Assembly: GCA_963701285.1 (NCBI GenBank)
Contig: OY969584.1
Span: 1,979,877-2,043,876, forward strand
DNA: 64,000 nt
Source of the DNA: an uncultured Chloroflexia bacterium
Lineage (GTDB): Bacteria > Chloroflexota > Dehalococcoidia > SM23-28-2
Reading direction: 5' to 3'
Shown in pieces: positions 48,057 to 56,772 of the stretch. The translations under genes were made by a program, and so were the position numbers. The notes beneath the pieces are model-generated. The model did no database searches and was not told where the DNA came from. It saw only the letters and a program-made list of their open reading frames with translations. The first letter of the stretch is position 1, and the number at the start of each line of letters is the position of its first letter.

Positions 48057-50747
48057 ATGAGAGAAACGATCATCTGGTGGTCGGCCATTCAGGTTGTGGG
48101 GCTTGTCGCCTTCCCGATGACCTTCGCCTTCTTCCAGCGCCTGCCGGACCGCGGCTACGCCTTTGCCAAGCCCCTGGGCCTGGTCTTCCTGGGCTACATC
48201 CTCTGGATGGGGGCCACCATCGGCCTGTTCCCCAACGGGCGCGGTGCCGTCATCCTCATCCTGGTCGTCCTGGCCATCGTGTCGCTCATTGTGGCCAGCC
48301 GCCGCTGGCGGGAGATGGGCGATTTCCTGGCCCGCAACTGGACCTACGTCCTCTTCGTCGAGGTGCTGTTTGCGGTTGCCCTTGTCGTCGCCGCCTACCT
48401 CCGCTCCTACGTCTCCGAGATCGCCTGGACGGAGAAGCCCATGGACCTGGCCTTCCTGAACGCCGTCGTGCGCGGCGACAAGTTCCCTGTCCAGGACCCC
48501 TGGCTGGCCGGCCATTCCGTCCCCCTCTACTACTTTGGCCACGTGATGATCGGTGCCCTAACCTTGCTCACCGGTCTGCGTACCGGCGTCACCTTCAACC
48601 TCGGTCTGGCCCTCATCGGCGCCCTCGCTGCCATCGCCATCTTCGGCCTCGTGTACAACCTGCTCATCGGGCGCGGGCGGCCGCGGGCGGCCTTAGTCTT
48701 CGGTATGGTAGCGGTGGGCCTGCTGCTGGTCCTGTCCAACATGGAGGGCCTCTTCGAGCTGTTGGCCCGCCACGGCGTGGGAAACGCCCGCTTCTACTCA
48801 CTGGTCGGCATCGACGGCCTGAACGGCCCCACCGACTGCAAGACGAATGCCGGCGATTGCACAGACTGGTATCCTACCGCCTGGTGGTTCTGGTGGCGGG
48901 CGACCCGCATCGCCACCCAGTGGGACTGGCGAGAGTTCCCCTTCTTCACCTTCCTCCTGGGGGACCTCCACGCTCATCTGATGTCGATACCGTTCGTGCT
49001 GATGGCCTTGGGCATTGCCCTGAACACCCTGCGCTGGCAGGGGCCGCTGGTAGGCGGGCTATGGCCAGGCGTCGCCTCGTCGCTGAATCGCCTGCGGGAC
49101 AGCTTCCAGGGCCGGTTGCCCGGCACGACGGCCCTTTCGTCGGTGACGCCGATCCCGCCCGGGGCCTATCCCGTCGCTGCGGAGCGCAGTCTGGGCGTCT
49201 TAGCCTCGGCCTGGGAGGGCCTTACTTTCTGGATCGCCTGTCCGGCCCGCTTCCTGGCCATGTCGGTGCTGCTGGGCTCCCTGGGCTTCATCAACTCCTG
49301 GGACCTGCCGACCTTTCTGGGCTTGGTCGCCTTCATGGCCGGCGTCCGCAACTATCTTGTCGAAGGCCGCCTGACCGCAAGCGTCGTCGGCCGGACGCTG
49401 GGCTTCACCGTGCCCCTAGCGGTCCTGTCCTTCGTCCTGTACCTGCCGTTCTACCTGAACTTCCACCCCGTGGGCGGCGCCATCTTGCCCATCCAGCTCG
49501 CCACCATCAAGGGCTGGCCTCCGATAGAGACGATGGCCACGCGGCCCCATCACTTCGCCTACCTGTGGGCCACCATTCTCTGGCCTACCGTGACCTTCGC
49601 CGTTGCCGCGCTGGGGCCTTGGAAGCTGAACCGCTCCATCCTGCGCTGGGCGCTGCTGCCCGCCTTCGTGCCGTTCCTTGCCTGGCTATTCCTGGTCACC
49701 GCCCACCAGGGGCCGCTGGGCCTCATCGACGAGATCCGGATCCGTGGTGTCTGGTGGGTTACCTTGATCTTCCTGCTGGTGACGGTGACCGTGCCCGCCC
49801 TCGCCTTCGGCCGCTATCTGCTAAGGGCCAGGGACAAGGAGAACGGGGAGCGCGAAGACGACGAGAACCTGGCCTTCGTCCTCGCCTTGGGCGGAGTGGC
49901 CATCCTCATCCTGCTGGGCACCGAGCTGTATTGGGTAGAGGACCCGGTGGGTGTGCGCTCCAACACCGTCTTCCGCCTGAACTACCAATCGTGGATCATC
50001 CTCGCCGTCAGCGGCGCCGTGGGCCTGTACTACATCACCTCGCGCTGGCGGCTCAGCACCGTCCTGACCTCGGTCCCGCGCCTGCTGTGGGTGGGTGGCA
50101 CGATTTTCTTCTTCGGCGCCGGCCTGGTCTACCCGGTCATCGCCAGCATGAACCGCACCGTCGGCTTCACCACCCACCCCTACCTCGACGGCCTGGCCGC
50201 CATGCAGGCTGGCAACCCGTCCGAGTTTGAGGCCGTGCGCTGGCTGCAGGACAACGTCAAGGGAACACCGATCATTCTGGAGGCCGTGGGCGGAGACTAC
50301 AGCTCCGCCGGCCACGGCCGCATCTCGTCCCGCACCGGCCTGCCTACTCTGCTGGGCTGGCCTGACCACGAGTACCGCTGGCGCAACTCGTGGGAGGTGC
50401 AGGGCACCAAGATGCCGGATCGCGCCGAAGGAAACGGCGCCCCGGCGGGGTCCTGCCACGACGGTCTCGACAACGACGGCGACGGCACCATCGACGCCCA
50501 GGACACCGACTGCCGTATCGACCTAGACGTGAAGGAGGCCTACCAGACAACCAGCCCGGAGCGGGCTCGCACGATCCTGGAGACGTACGGCGTCCAGTAC
50601 GTCTACGTTGGATCGCTGGAGCGCGAGACCTACGGCGAGGACGGGATGAGCAAGTTCGCCTCCTTCATGGAGGTGGCCTTCCAGAATAGCGGCGTCACCA
50701 TCTACAGCATGCCTGGCACGGGGCAGATCTCCGTGCGCGCGCCCTGA
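48057..50747 (+). CDS. chlor_Arch_YYY / DUF2298 family membrane protein, paralog 4 (896 aa) with EF-hand/dockerin-like Ca loop insert
   Basis: Motif set FQRLPDRGYAF, EKPMDLAFLNAVVRGDKFPVQDPWLAGHSVPLYYFGH, GDLHAH, LPFYLNFHP, GVTIYSM, plus insert CHDGLDNDGDGTIDAQDTDC. Confidence 0.85.
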   Translation: MRETIIWWSAIQVVGLVAFPMTFAFFQRLPDRGYAFAKPLGLVFLGYILWMGATIGLFPNGRGAVILILVVLAIVSLIVASRRWREMGDFLARNWTYVLFVEVLFAVALVVAAYLRSYVSEIAWTEKPMDLAFLNAVVRGDKFPVQDPWLAGHSVPLYYFGHVMIGALTLLTGLRTGVTFNLGLALIGALAAIAIFGLVYNLLIGRGRPRAALVFGMVAVGLLLVLSNMEGLFELLARHGVGNARFYSLVGIDGLNGPTDCKTNAGDCTDWYPTAWWFWWRATRIATQWDWREFPFFTFLLGDLHAHLMSIPFVLMALGIALNTLRWQGPLVGGLWPGVASSLNRLRDSFQGRLPGTTALSSVTPIPPGAYPVAAERSLGVLASAWEGLTFWIACPARFLAMSVLLGSLGFINSWDLPTFLGLVAFMAGVRNYLVEGRLTASVVGRTLGFTVPLAVLSFVLYLPFYLNFHPVGGAILPIQLATIKGWPPIETMATRPHHFAYLWATILWPTVTFAVAALGPWKLNRSILRWALLPAFVPFLAWLFLVTAHQGPLGLIDEIRIRGVWWVTLIFLLVTVTVPALAFGRYLLRARDKENGEREDDENLAFVLALGGVAILILLGTELYWVEDPVGVRSNTVFRLNYQSWIILAVSGAVGLYYITSRWRLSTVLTSVPRLLWVGGTIFFFGAGLVYPVIASMNRTVGFTTHPYLDGLAAMQAGNPSEFEAVRWLQDNVKGTPIILEAVGGDYSSAGHGRISSRTGLPTLLGWPDHEYRWRNSWEVQGTKMPDRAEGNGAPAGSCHDGLDNDGDGTIDAQDTDCRIDLDVKEAYQTTSPERARTILETYGVQYVYVGSLERETYGEDGMSKFASFMEVAFQNSGVTIYSMPGTGQISVRAP

Positions 50748-50756
50748 GTCCACGCC

Positions 50757-52502
50757 ATGTCAGCCATCATCGACCCGCAAGGAGCAGCCTTCGTTCCGCC
50801 CACGCCGGCAGCGGCGGCGGCCGTCGCGCCGGCCAGGGTGGTGGGCCTCTCGATGAGCCTGGAGACCGTGGTCTGGGTGACCCTCATCGGCGTAGCCGCC
50901 GCCTTCCGCCTGGCGCGCCTCGACCACCTCCCCCTGACCGTGAACGAGTCGGCGCGGGCCCTGGCCTCCTGGCAGACGTCCCAGGGGCACGTCCCCGCCG
51001 ACTGGAGCGGCGACATGAGCCAGGCCATGACCTCCTACCTGTTCGCCATCTTCGGCGCTGGCGACCTGCTGGCCCGCCTGTTGCCCGCCCTTCTGGGCTG
51101 CCTGACAGTGGCCCTGCTCTGGCCTCTAGCCCGCTACGTGGGCGCTTCCGCCTTGCTGGCCGCTGTCCTGGTCGCCCTCTCGCCGCTGCTGGTGCACGTC
51201 TCACGCAGCGGCCTGCCCTACGCCGCCGGCGCCGCTCTATCGCTGGCCATGGTGGTGGCGTTCTTCGCCTTTGTCAGGACACGTTCGCCCGTCAGCCTGC
51301 TCGCCCTGGGCCTGGCCGCCGGCCTCGCCTTAGGCAGCGACGCCGTATCCACGTCAACCGCGATGCTCCTGCTGGCCTTCCTGGTGCTGGAGGCTACTGT
51401 GATCCGGTCGCCGGACATCGGCGAGAGGCTGGCCGAGGTGCGGCGGAGCCCCGCCCTCGGCGTCAGCGTTCTGTTGATCTTCCTGGGTTCCCTGGAGCTG
51501 GCGGTGACCCGCTTCGGCACCGATATCGACCGCGTGAGCCTGCCGGCGCTGCGCCTGTGGACGGGCATGTTCGACCTGCCCCGCGATAGCTTGCCCTGGC
51601 ACTTCCATCCCAACCTGCTCGTCGGGTACGAGGCGCCCGCCCTCATCCTGGGGACGGTTGGCTATCTGTGGGTCCTCTATCGGTGGCTGAAGACCAAGGG
51701 CGAGAGCATCCCCCTCTTCCAGCGCTTCCTCATCGTCTGGGCCAGCGGCGCGGCGTTGATCATCGCCGTCACTACCCGCCGCGAGGCGGGCCAGCTCGTC
51801 CTGTTGCTCCTACCGCTGGCCCTGCTGGCTGGCTGCTGGCTGGAGACCCTGGTGGCCGAGCTGAACCTTGCCTCGCTGGTGCGGTCGCTGCCGTTCCTCG
51901 TTCCCGGCCTGTTCGCGGTGGGCTACATCGCCCTGGAGCTCACCGAATGGTCGCGCAACCACGATGTCAATGAGACCGCGCTGGTCCTGGTGGCCGGCGG
52001 CGGCGTTGCCCTGCTGTGGCTTGCCTGGAACGTCTTGGGGCGCCAGGCGATCACCGGCTATTTCGTCCTAGGCTCTCTCGTCTCCCTAGTGTTCCTCGTC
52101 CACGGCGCCACGTCCGTCGCTTACGGACGGGGGAGCGAGCCCCTGGCCGACCAGCGCCTGGACCGCCAGGTTCCACGCCTGGAGAGCCAGCTGGCCGGCA
52201 TGGGCGGCGAGGAGGGGGCCATCGGCGCCGATATGTCCTTCATGAGGCCGCTGGGTTGGTACCTGCGCGACGTGCCCGGCCTGGTGTTCACGTATTCACC
52301 CCCGGCAAACGCCGTCGCCTACCTAGCCGTGCCGGGGACGACGGTACCCATTGGCTACGGCCTAGAGCGGACGTGGCCCATAGCCGAAGGGTGGGTGCCC
52401 AGCAGCATCGACCCGCTGAGCTGGTGGCGATGGCTGGTTTACCGAGAGCCCTACGGTGGTCTAACATCAACTGAGGCGGACTTACTGGTGAAAGCACCAT
52501 GA
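50757..52502 (+). CDS. polytopic membrane protein, divergent PMT/ArnT-like (TIGR03663-like) putative glycosyltransferase
   Basis: 581 aa, about 12 TM helices; N-terminal loop LDHLPLTVNESARALASW aligns with the DES..HGP loop of the next gene. Start uncertain. Confidence 0.55.
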   Translation: MSAIIDPQGAAFVPPTPAAAAAVAPARVVGLSMSLETVVWVTLIGVAAAFRLARLDHLPLTVNESARALASWQTSQGHVPADWSGDMSQAMTSYLFAIFGAGDLLARLLPALLGCLTVALLWPLARYVGASALLAAVLVALSPLLVHVSRSGLPYAAGAALSLAMVVAFFAFVRTRSPVSLLALGLAAGLALGSDAVSTSTAMLLLAFLVLEATVIRSPDIGERLAEVRRSPALGVSVLLIFLGSLELAVTRFGTDIDRVSLPALRLWTGMFDLPRDSLPWHFHPNLLVGYEAPALILGTVGYLWVLYRWLKTKGESIPLFQRFLIVWASGAALIIAVTTRREAGQLVLLLLPLALLAGCWLETLVAELNLASLVRSLPFLVPGLFAVGYIALELTEWSRNHDVNETALVLVAGGGVALLWLAWNVLGRQAITGYFVLGSLVSLVFLVHGATSVAYGRGSEPLADQRLDRQVPRLESQLAGMGGEEGAIGADMSFMRPLGWYLRDVPGLVFTYSPPANAVAYLAVPGTTVPIGYGLERTWPIAEGWVPSSIDPLSWWRWLVYREPYGGLTSTEADLLVKAP

Positions 52503-55500
52503 CCGAGGTGACGACGGCCGTACCGACCCCTGAGACGAGCCCCCTGGCGCGTCTGGCAGCCTTTCGCCTGCGCTTGGACTGGGAGCTTGCCTTCTACCTG
52601 CTCCTGATCGCCGGCGGCGGGGCGCTGCGCTTCTGGGACCTGGGCGCCCGCGCCTTCCACCACGACGAGAGCCTCCATGCCACCTACAGCTGGTACCTCT
52701 TCAACGGCAGCGGCTACGAGCACATGCCCATGATGCACGGCCCCTTCCAGTTCTTCGGCCGCGCTTTCTTCTTCGTCCTCTTCGGCGTCAGCAACTATTC
52801 GGCGCGCATCCTGGATGGCTTCTCCGGCACGGTACTCATCGCTATGCCCGTCTTGTTCCGCAACCGCCTGGGGCGGATGGGGGCGCTGGCGGCGGCGGCC
52901 TTCATTGCCCTATCGCCAACGCTGCTGTACTACAGCCGCTTCGCCCGCGAAGACATTCACATGGCCGTCTGGACACTGGGGCTGGTTATCTGCCTCTGGC
53001 GCTACGTGGATGGGGGACGCCATCGCTGGCTGTACCTTGGGGCCGCCTTCCTGGCCCTGAGTTTCGCCACCAAGGAATCCACGTACCTCAACGTCGCCAT
53101 CATCCTCATCTTCCTGAACCTGTGGCTGGCCCAGAGTCTGACGGCGCGTGCCCGCCAGCTGAACAACCTCGACTCGTTCTCTGCCGTCTGCCTGTTCATT
53201 CTGCTGGTGCCGTTCGCCTGGCTGATCGTTGCCCTGAGGCCGTTCCTGAACGATAGCTGGCGCAAGTCCCTGGGTGCCGACCAGGTGCCTCGCCAGGCCG
53301 ACTTCCTCATCCTCCTGGGAGCGTTATCGGCACCCCAGTTGGCGGCCATTGTCCAGAAACCCTTCGAATGGTTCCTGGGCTGGACGCACGCCGATTTCGC
53401 CCGCCACCTGCTCACCCTCAACCTCGGCCTCCTCGGCGGCCGCCACGACGTCAGCAACGTGCAGTTCATCGGCTTCTTCACCGTGGCTAGCCTTATCGCC
53501 GGCACCATGGTCGTCGGCTTGCGCTGGAACCTGCGCTCGTGGCTCATCGCGGCGGGCATCTTCTACGTCATCTACGGCCTGCTGTACACGACCTTCCTCA
53601 CCAACCCCACTGGTTTCGGTTCGGGCATCTGGGGCTCCCTGGACTACTGGCTCCAGCAGCAGAGCGTGCAGCGGGGCGGCCAGCCCTTCTACTACTACCT
53701 CCTGCTCCTGCCCATCTACGAGTTCCTGCCCCTGGTCATCGCTTTGCCTGCCGTGGCCTATCAGTTCATCCGCGGCAACGCCTTCGGCCGCTTCCTGGCC
53801 TTCTGGCTGGTGGGCGCCCTCTTGGCCTATTCCTACGCCGGCGAGAAGATGCCCTGGCTCAATGTGCACCTGGCCCTGCCGACGATAATCCTGGCGGCCT
53901 ACACGCTGAATCAGATGTGGACGGCGACCCACCATCGCGACTGGCGCTTCCGCCTCCCATCTGCCGCCTGGCCGGCGGCAGCGGCAGCGCTGGGGGGGGG
54001 AGCGATGGCTTTCGGCGTGTTCGGCCCCAGCGACCCCGCGACCGGCATTCTCGTGGGCCTGGCGGCAGTCCTGGCCATCGCCGCCCTGACGGTCTCGCTG
54101 CGCGGCCGCACCATGGCGGTGATGCCGGTAGCGGCGGTAATGGGCCCGCTGATGGTGTTCAGCGTGCGAGTGGCTTGGATGGCCAGCTTCGCCAGCGGCA
54201 ACGGCGCTGACGCGCGCGAGATGCTGGTCTACACTCAGTCCACGCCCGACATCCCCCAGGTGATGCGCCAGATCGACGAGTGGGCCGCCCAGACCGGGCT
54301 CGGCCACGACCTGCCCATCGATGTGGACGGCACCGACGCCTTCACCTGGCCCTGGGCCTGGTACCTCCGCGACTACCACAAGGTCCAGTACCCCAGCATG
54401 AACGAGAACTATCAGCCGCAACCCGATGCGAACGGCAATTATCCGGTGGTGCTGGTGAACGCCGGCAACGATAGCAAGGTCCAGCCCAAGCTGACCGCCT
54501 ACAACGAGGGCGAGCCTTATCACCACCGCTGGTGGTTCCCCGAGATCTACCGCAACATCGAGCTCGACAAGAACGGTCAGACGAAGCCTGTGCTCACCAC
54601 CTTCCGCGATTTCCTGGCCAGCATGGGGAACGGCGACACCTGGCAAACCTGGTGGCACTACTGGCGCGACCGTCAGCTACCGGAGGGCAAGGGCTCGGTG
54701 GACGCTGTGGCCTACTTCCCGCGCGACTACAAGCCGTCGGGCGGGCCGGTGATCAGCCAGCCCCTGCAGCCGCCCAAGGCTGAGGACGGCGGCCGCCTCA
54801 CCATCGGCGGCTACGGCGCCGCTGAGGGCCTGTTCATTAAGCCGGCCGGCCTGGCGGTGGACCAGCAGGGCAACCTCTACGTAGCCGACAGTGGCAACAA
54901 TCGCATTCAGAAGTTCGACCCGACCGGCCTTTTCCTGGCCCAGGTGGGCAGCGCCGGCACGGGCAACGGCCAGTTCAGCCAGCCCTGGGGTGTCGCCGTC
55001 GACGCCCAGGGCAACGTTTTCGTCGCCGACACCTGGAACCATCGAGTCCAGAAGTTCAACCAGGACCTCCAGTACGTGACCCAGTGGGGCAAACCGGCCT
55101 CGGACCTGAAGAACCCCAAGAACGATGAGTTCTGGGGCCCGCGCGACCTGACGGTGGATGCTGAGGGCAACGTGTGGGTGGCCGATACCGGCACCAGTCG
55201 CATCCTGAAGTTCGATGCGAATGGCACCTACCTGGCAACGCTGGGCGGACCTGGCTCCGAGGCGGGCAAACTGAGCGAGCCCGTGGGCGTCGAGATCGCC
55301 GCCAACGGCGACGTCTACGTCGCCGACGCCTGGAATGCCCGCATCCAGACATTCGACAAGGACCTGAAGCAACTGGCGACCTTCCCGGCACCCGGCTGGC
55401 TGGCCAATGACCCCCTCACCGAGCCGTACCTGGCCCTTCTGCCCGATGGCGGCATTGTCGCCAGTGATCCCGCCCACGACCGGGTCGTGCGCTTCCAGCC

Positions 55501-55657
55501 CGATGGCAATGTCGCCGCCATCTACGGGGGCCCCGGCGGGACCGGTGTGGCCGGCCCCAGCGGCCTGGCCGTCTCCGGCGACTTTCTGTTCATCTCCAGC
55601 AACGCCACCAACATCGTGCGGCGTATCCCGCTGAGCGACCTGGCGACGACGCCCTAG
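52499..55657 (+). CDS. TIGR03663-like / PMT_2-like membrane glycosyltransferase fused to C-terminal NHL-repeat beta-propeller (1052 aa)
   Basis: N-terminal FHHDESLHATYSW...MMHGPFQFF (DE and HGP motifs). Residues ~770-1052 hold six NHL repeats (NLYVADSGNNRIQKFD, NVFVADTWNHRVQKFN, NVWVADTGTSRILKFD, DVYVADAWNARIQTFD...). Confidence 0.75.
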   Translation: MTEVTTAVPTPETSPLARLAAFRLRLDWELAFYLLLIAGGGALRFWDLGARAFHHDESLHATYSWYLFNGSGYEHMPMMHGPFQFFGRAFFFVLFGVSNYSARILDGFSGTVLIAMPVLFRNRLGRMGALAAAAFIALSPTLLYYSRFAREDIHMAVWTLGLVICLWRYVDGGRHRWLYLGAAFLALSFATKESTYLNVAIILIFLNLWLAQSLTARARQLNNLDSFSAVCLFILLVPFAWLIVALRPFLNDSWRKSLGADQVPRQADFLILLGALSAPQLAAIVQKPFEWFLGWTHADFARHLLTLNLGLLGGRHDVSNVQFIGFFTVASLIAGTMVVGLRWNLRSWLIAAGIFYVIYGLLYTTFLTNPTGFGSGIWGSLDYWLQQQSVQRGGQPFYYYLLLLPIYEFLPLVIALPAVAYQFIRGNAFGRFLAFWLVGALLAYSYAGEKMPWLNVHLALPTIILAAYTLNQMWTATHHRDWRFRLPSAAWPAAAAALGGGAMAFGVFGPSDPATGILVGLAAVLAIAALTVSLRGRTMAVMPVAAVMGPLMVFSVRVAWMASFASGNGADAREMLVYTQSTPDIPQVMRQIDEWAAQTGLGHDLPIDVDGTDAFTWPWAWYLRDYHKVQYPSMNENYQPQPDANGNYPVVLVNAGNDSKVQPKLTAYNEGEPYHHRWWFPEIYRNIELDKNGQTKPVLTTFRDFLASMGNGDTWQTWWHYWRDRQLPEGKGSVDAVAYFPRDYKPSGGPVISQPLQPPKAEDGGRLTIGGYGAAEGLFIKPAGLAVDQQGNLYVADSGNNRIQKFDPTGLFLAQVGSAGTGNGQFSQPWGVAVDAQGNVFVADTWNHRVQKFNQDLQYVTQWGKPASDLKNPKNDEFWGPRDLTVDAEGNVWVADTGTSRILKFDANGTYLATLGGPGSEAGKLSEPVGVEIAANGDVYVADAWNARIQTFDKDLKQLATFPAPGWLANDPLTEPYLALLPDGGIVASDPAHDRVVRFQPDGNVAAIYGGPGGTGVAGPSGLAVSGDFLFISSNATNIVRRIPLSDLATTP

Positions 55658-55675
55658 GCTGGTGGACTCTGCGCG

Positions 55676-55705
55676 TTGCCCAGGGGAGTTGTCGCAGCCT
55701 ATAAT
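55676..55705 (+). promoter_or_regulatory. candidate promoter of the flippase-like/FAD-oxidoreductase operon (TTGCCC-N18-TATAAT)
   Basis: gcgcgTTGCCCaggggagttgtcgcagccTATAATtgg; same -35, spacer length and -10 as the promoter at 45589. Confidence 0.4.
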
Positions 55706-55749
55706 TGGGCTTGCCTGCTGGTGCAGGCCGGGAAAACAGGAAGTTTCGT

Positions 55750-56772
55750 TTGCTGCGTAGCCGCCAACTCTGGCTCGGGATAATGGGGACGGCCCTGTTC
55801 CTGGGCCTCTTTTTCTGGCGCACCGACCTGGGCGACATGGCCGACGCCCTGGCCGACGCCAACTACTGGTGGTTCGCCCCCGCCGTCGCCCTCTGGTTTG
55901 TCTCCGCCTGGTTCCGCTCGGTGCGCTGGCGCTACCTGCTGCGGCCCATCGCCGACCTTCCCGCGCGGACGCTGTATCCGGTGGTGATTATCGGCTACAT
56001 GGCCAACAACCTTCTGCCTGCACGGACAGGCGAGCTGGTGCGAGCCTACGTCATGGGCGAACGCCACCGCGTGAGCCTGATGGGCACCCTGGGCACCATC
56101 GCCGTGGAACGCCTCTTCGATGGGCTGGTGCTGCTGGCGTTCCTGGTGCTGGTGGGCGCTTTTGTCGGCCTCAGCCGGGAGCTGACCGTCCTGGCCATCG
56201 CCATGTCCGTCATTTTCGCAGCCGTATTCGCCGTCTTCCTCTACGTTGCTTCGTCCGCCGAGCGGGCGCAGCGGGTCATCGGTGCGCTGGTGCGCCTGCT
56301 GCCCGCCCGTGCCCGCGAGCGGGCTCGCGGCTGGGCGGGCGGCTTCGTGGCCGGGCTCGAGGCTCTGCGCAGCCCCGCTGCCCTGACCGCCGTGGTGCTC
56401 ACCTCAACGGTGGCTTGGGCGCTGGAAGGCACCATGTACTTTATGGTGGGCGTCGCATTCAACCTGGGCGAGGCCTTCCCCATCTATCTGATGGTTGCCG
56501 CCGCGGCCAACCTGGCGATAACTCTGCCCTCCACCTCTGGCGGCATCGGCCCCTTCGAGGCGCTGGCCAAGGAGACGCTGGTATTCGTGGGCGTGGGCAC
56601 GTCGGCGGCAGCCGCCTATGCGGTGGCCCTCCACGCACTGCTACTCCTGCCGGTGGTGGCGGTCGGGCTCATCTTCCTCTGGATGATCAACCTATCCCTG
56701 GGCGAGGCGCTGCGCCGCCCGGCCCGCCCCGCTCTGGCCGCCAGCGTCAGCCAGGGGGAGGTCAGCGAGTGA
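55750..56772 (+). CDS. flippase-like (UPF0104 / lysyl-PG synthase TM-region family) membrane protein
   Basis: 8 TM helices; YPVVIIGYMANNLLPARTGELVRAYV is characteristic of pfam03706. TTG at 55750 has AGGAAG 8 nt upstream; alternatives are ATG 55783 and TTG 55705. Confidence 0.65.
   Translation: MLRSRQLWLGIMGTALFLGLFFWRTDLGDMADALADANYWWFAPAVALWFVSAWFRSVRWRYLLRPIADLPARTLYPVVIIGYMANNLLPARTGELVRAYVMGERHRVSLMGTLGTIAVERLFDGLVLLAFLVLVGAFVGLSRELTVLAIAMSVIFAAVFAVFLYVASSAERAQRVIGALVRLLPARARERARGWAGGFVAGLEALRSPAALTAVVLTSTVAWALEGTMYFMVGVAFNLGEAFPIYLMVAAAANLAITLPSTSGGIGPFEALAKETLVFVGVGTSAAAAYAVALHALLLLPVVAVGLIFLWMINLSLGEALRRPARPALAASVSQGEVSE

Noticed and set aside
55869-56768. First 300 codons of the 749-aa track ORF 55869..58118
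   Set aside because: This is an out-of-frame read-through across the flippase-like membrane gene. The oxidoreductase Rossmann motif starts right after a GTG at 56769 with a good SD, so the real gene is 56769..58118.
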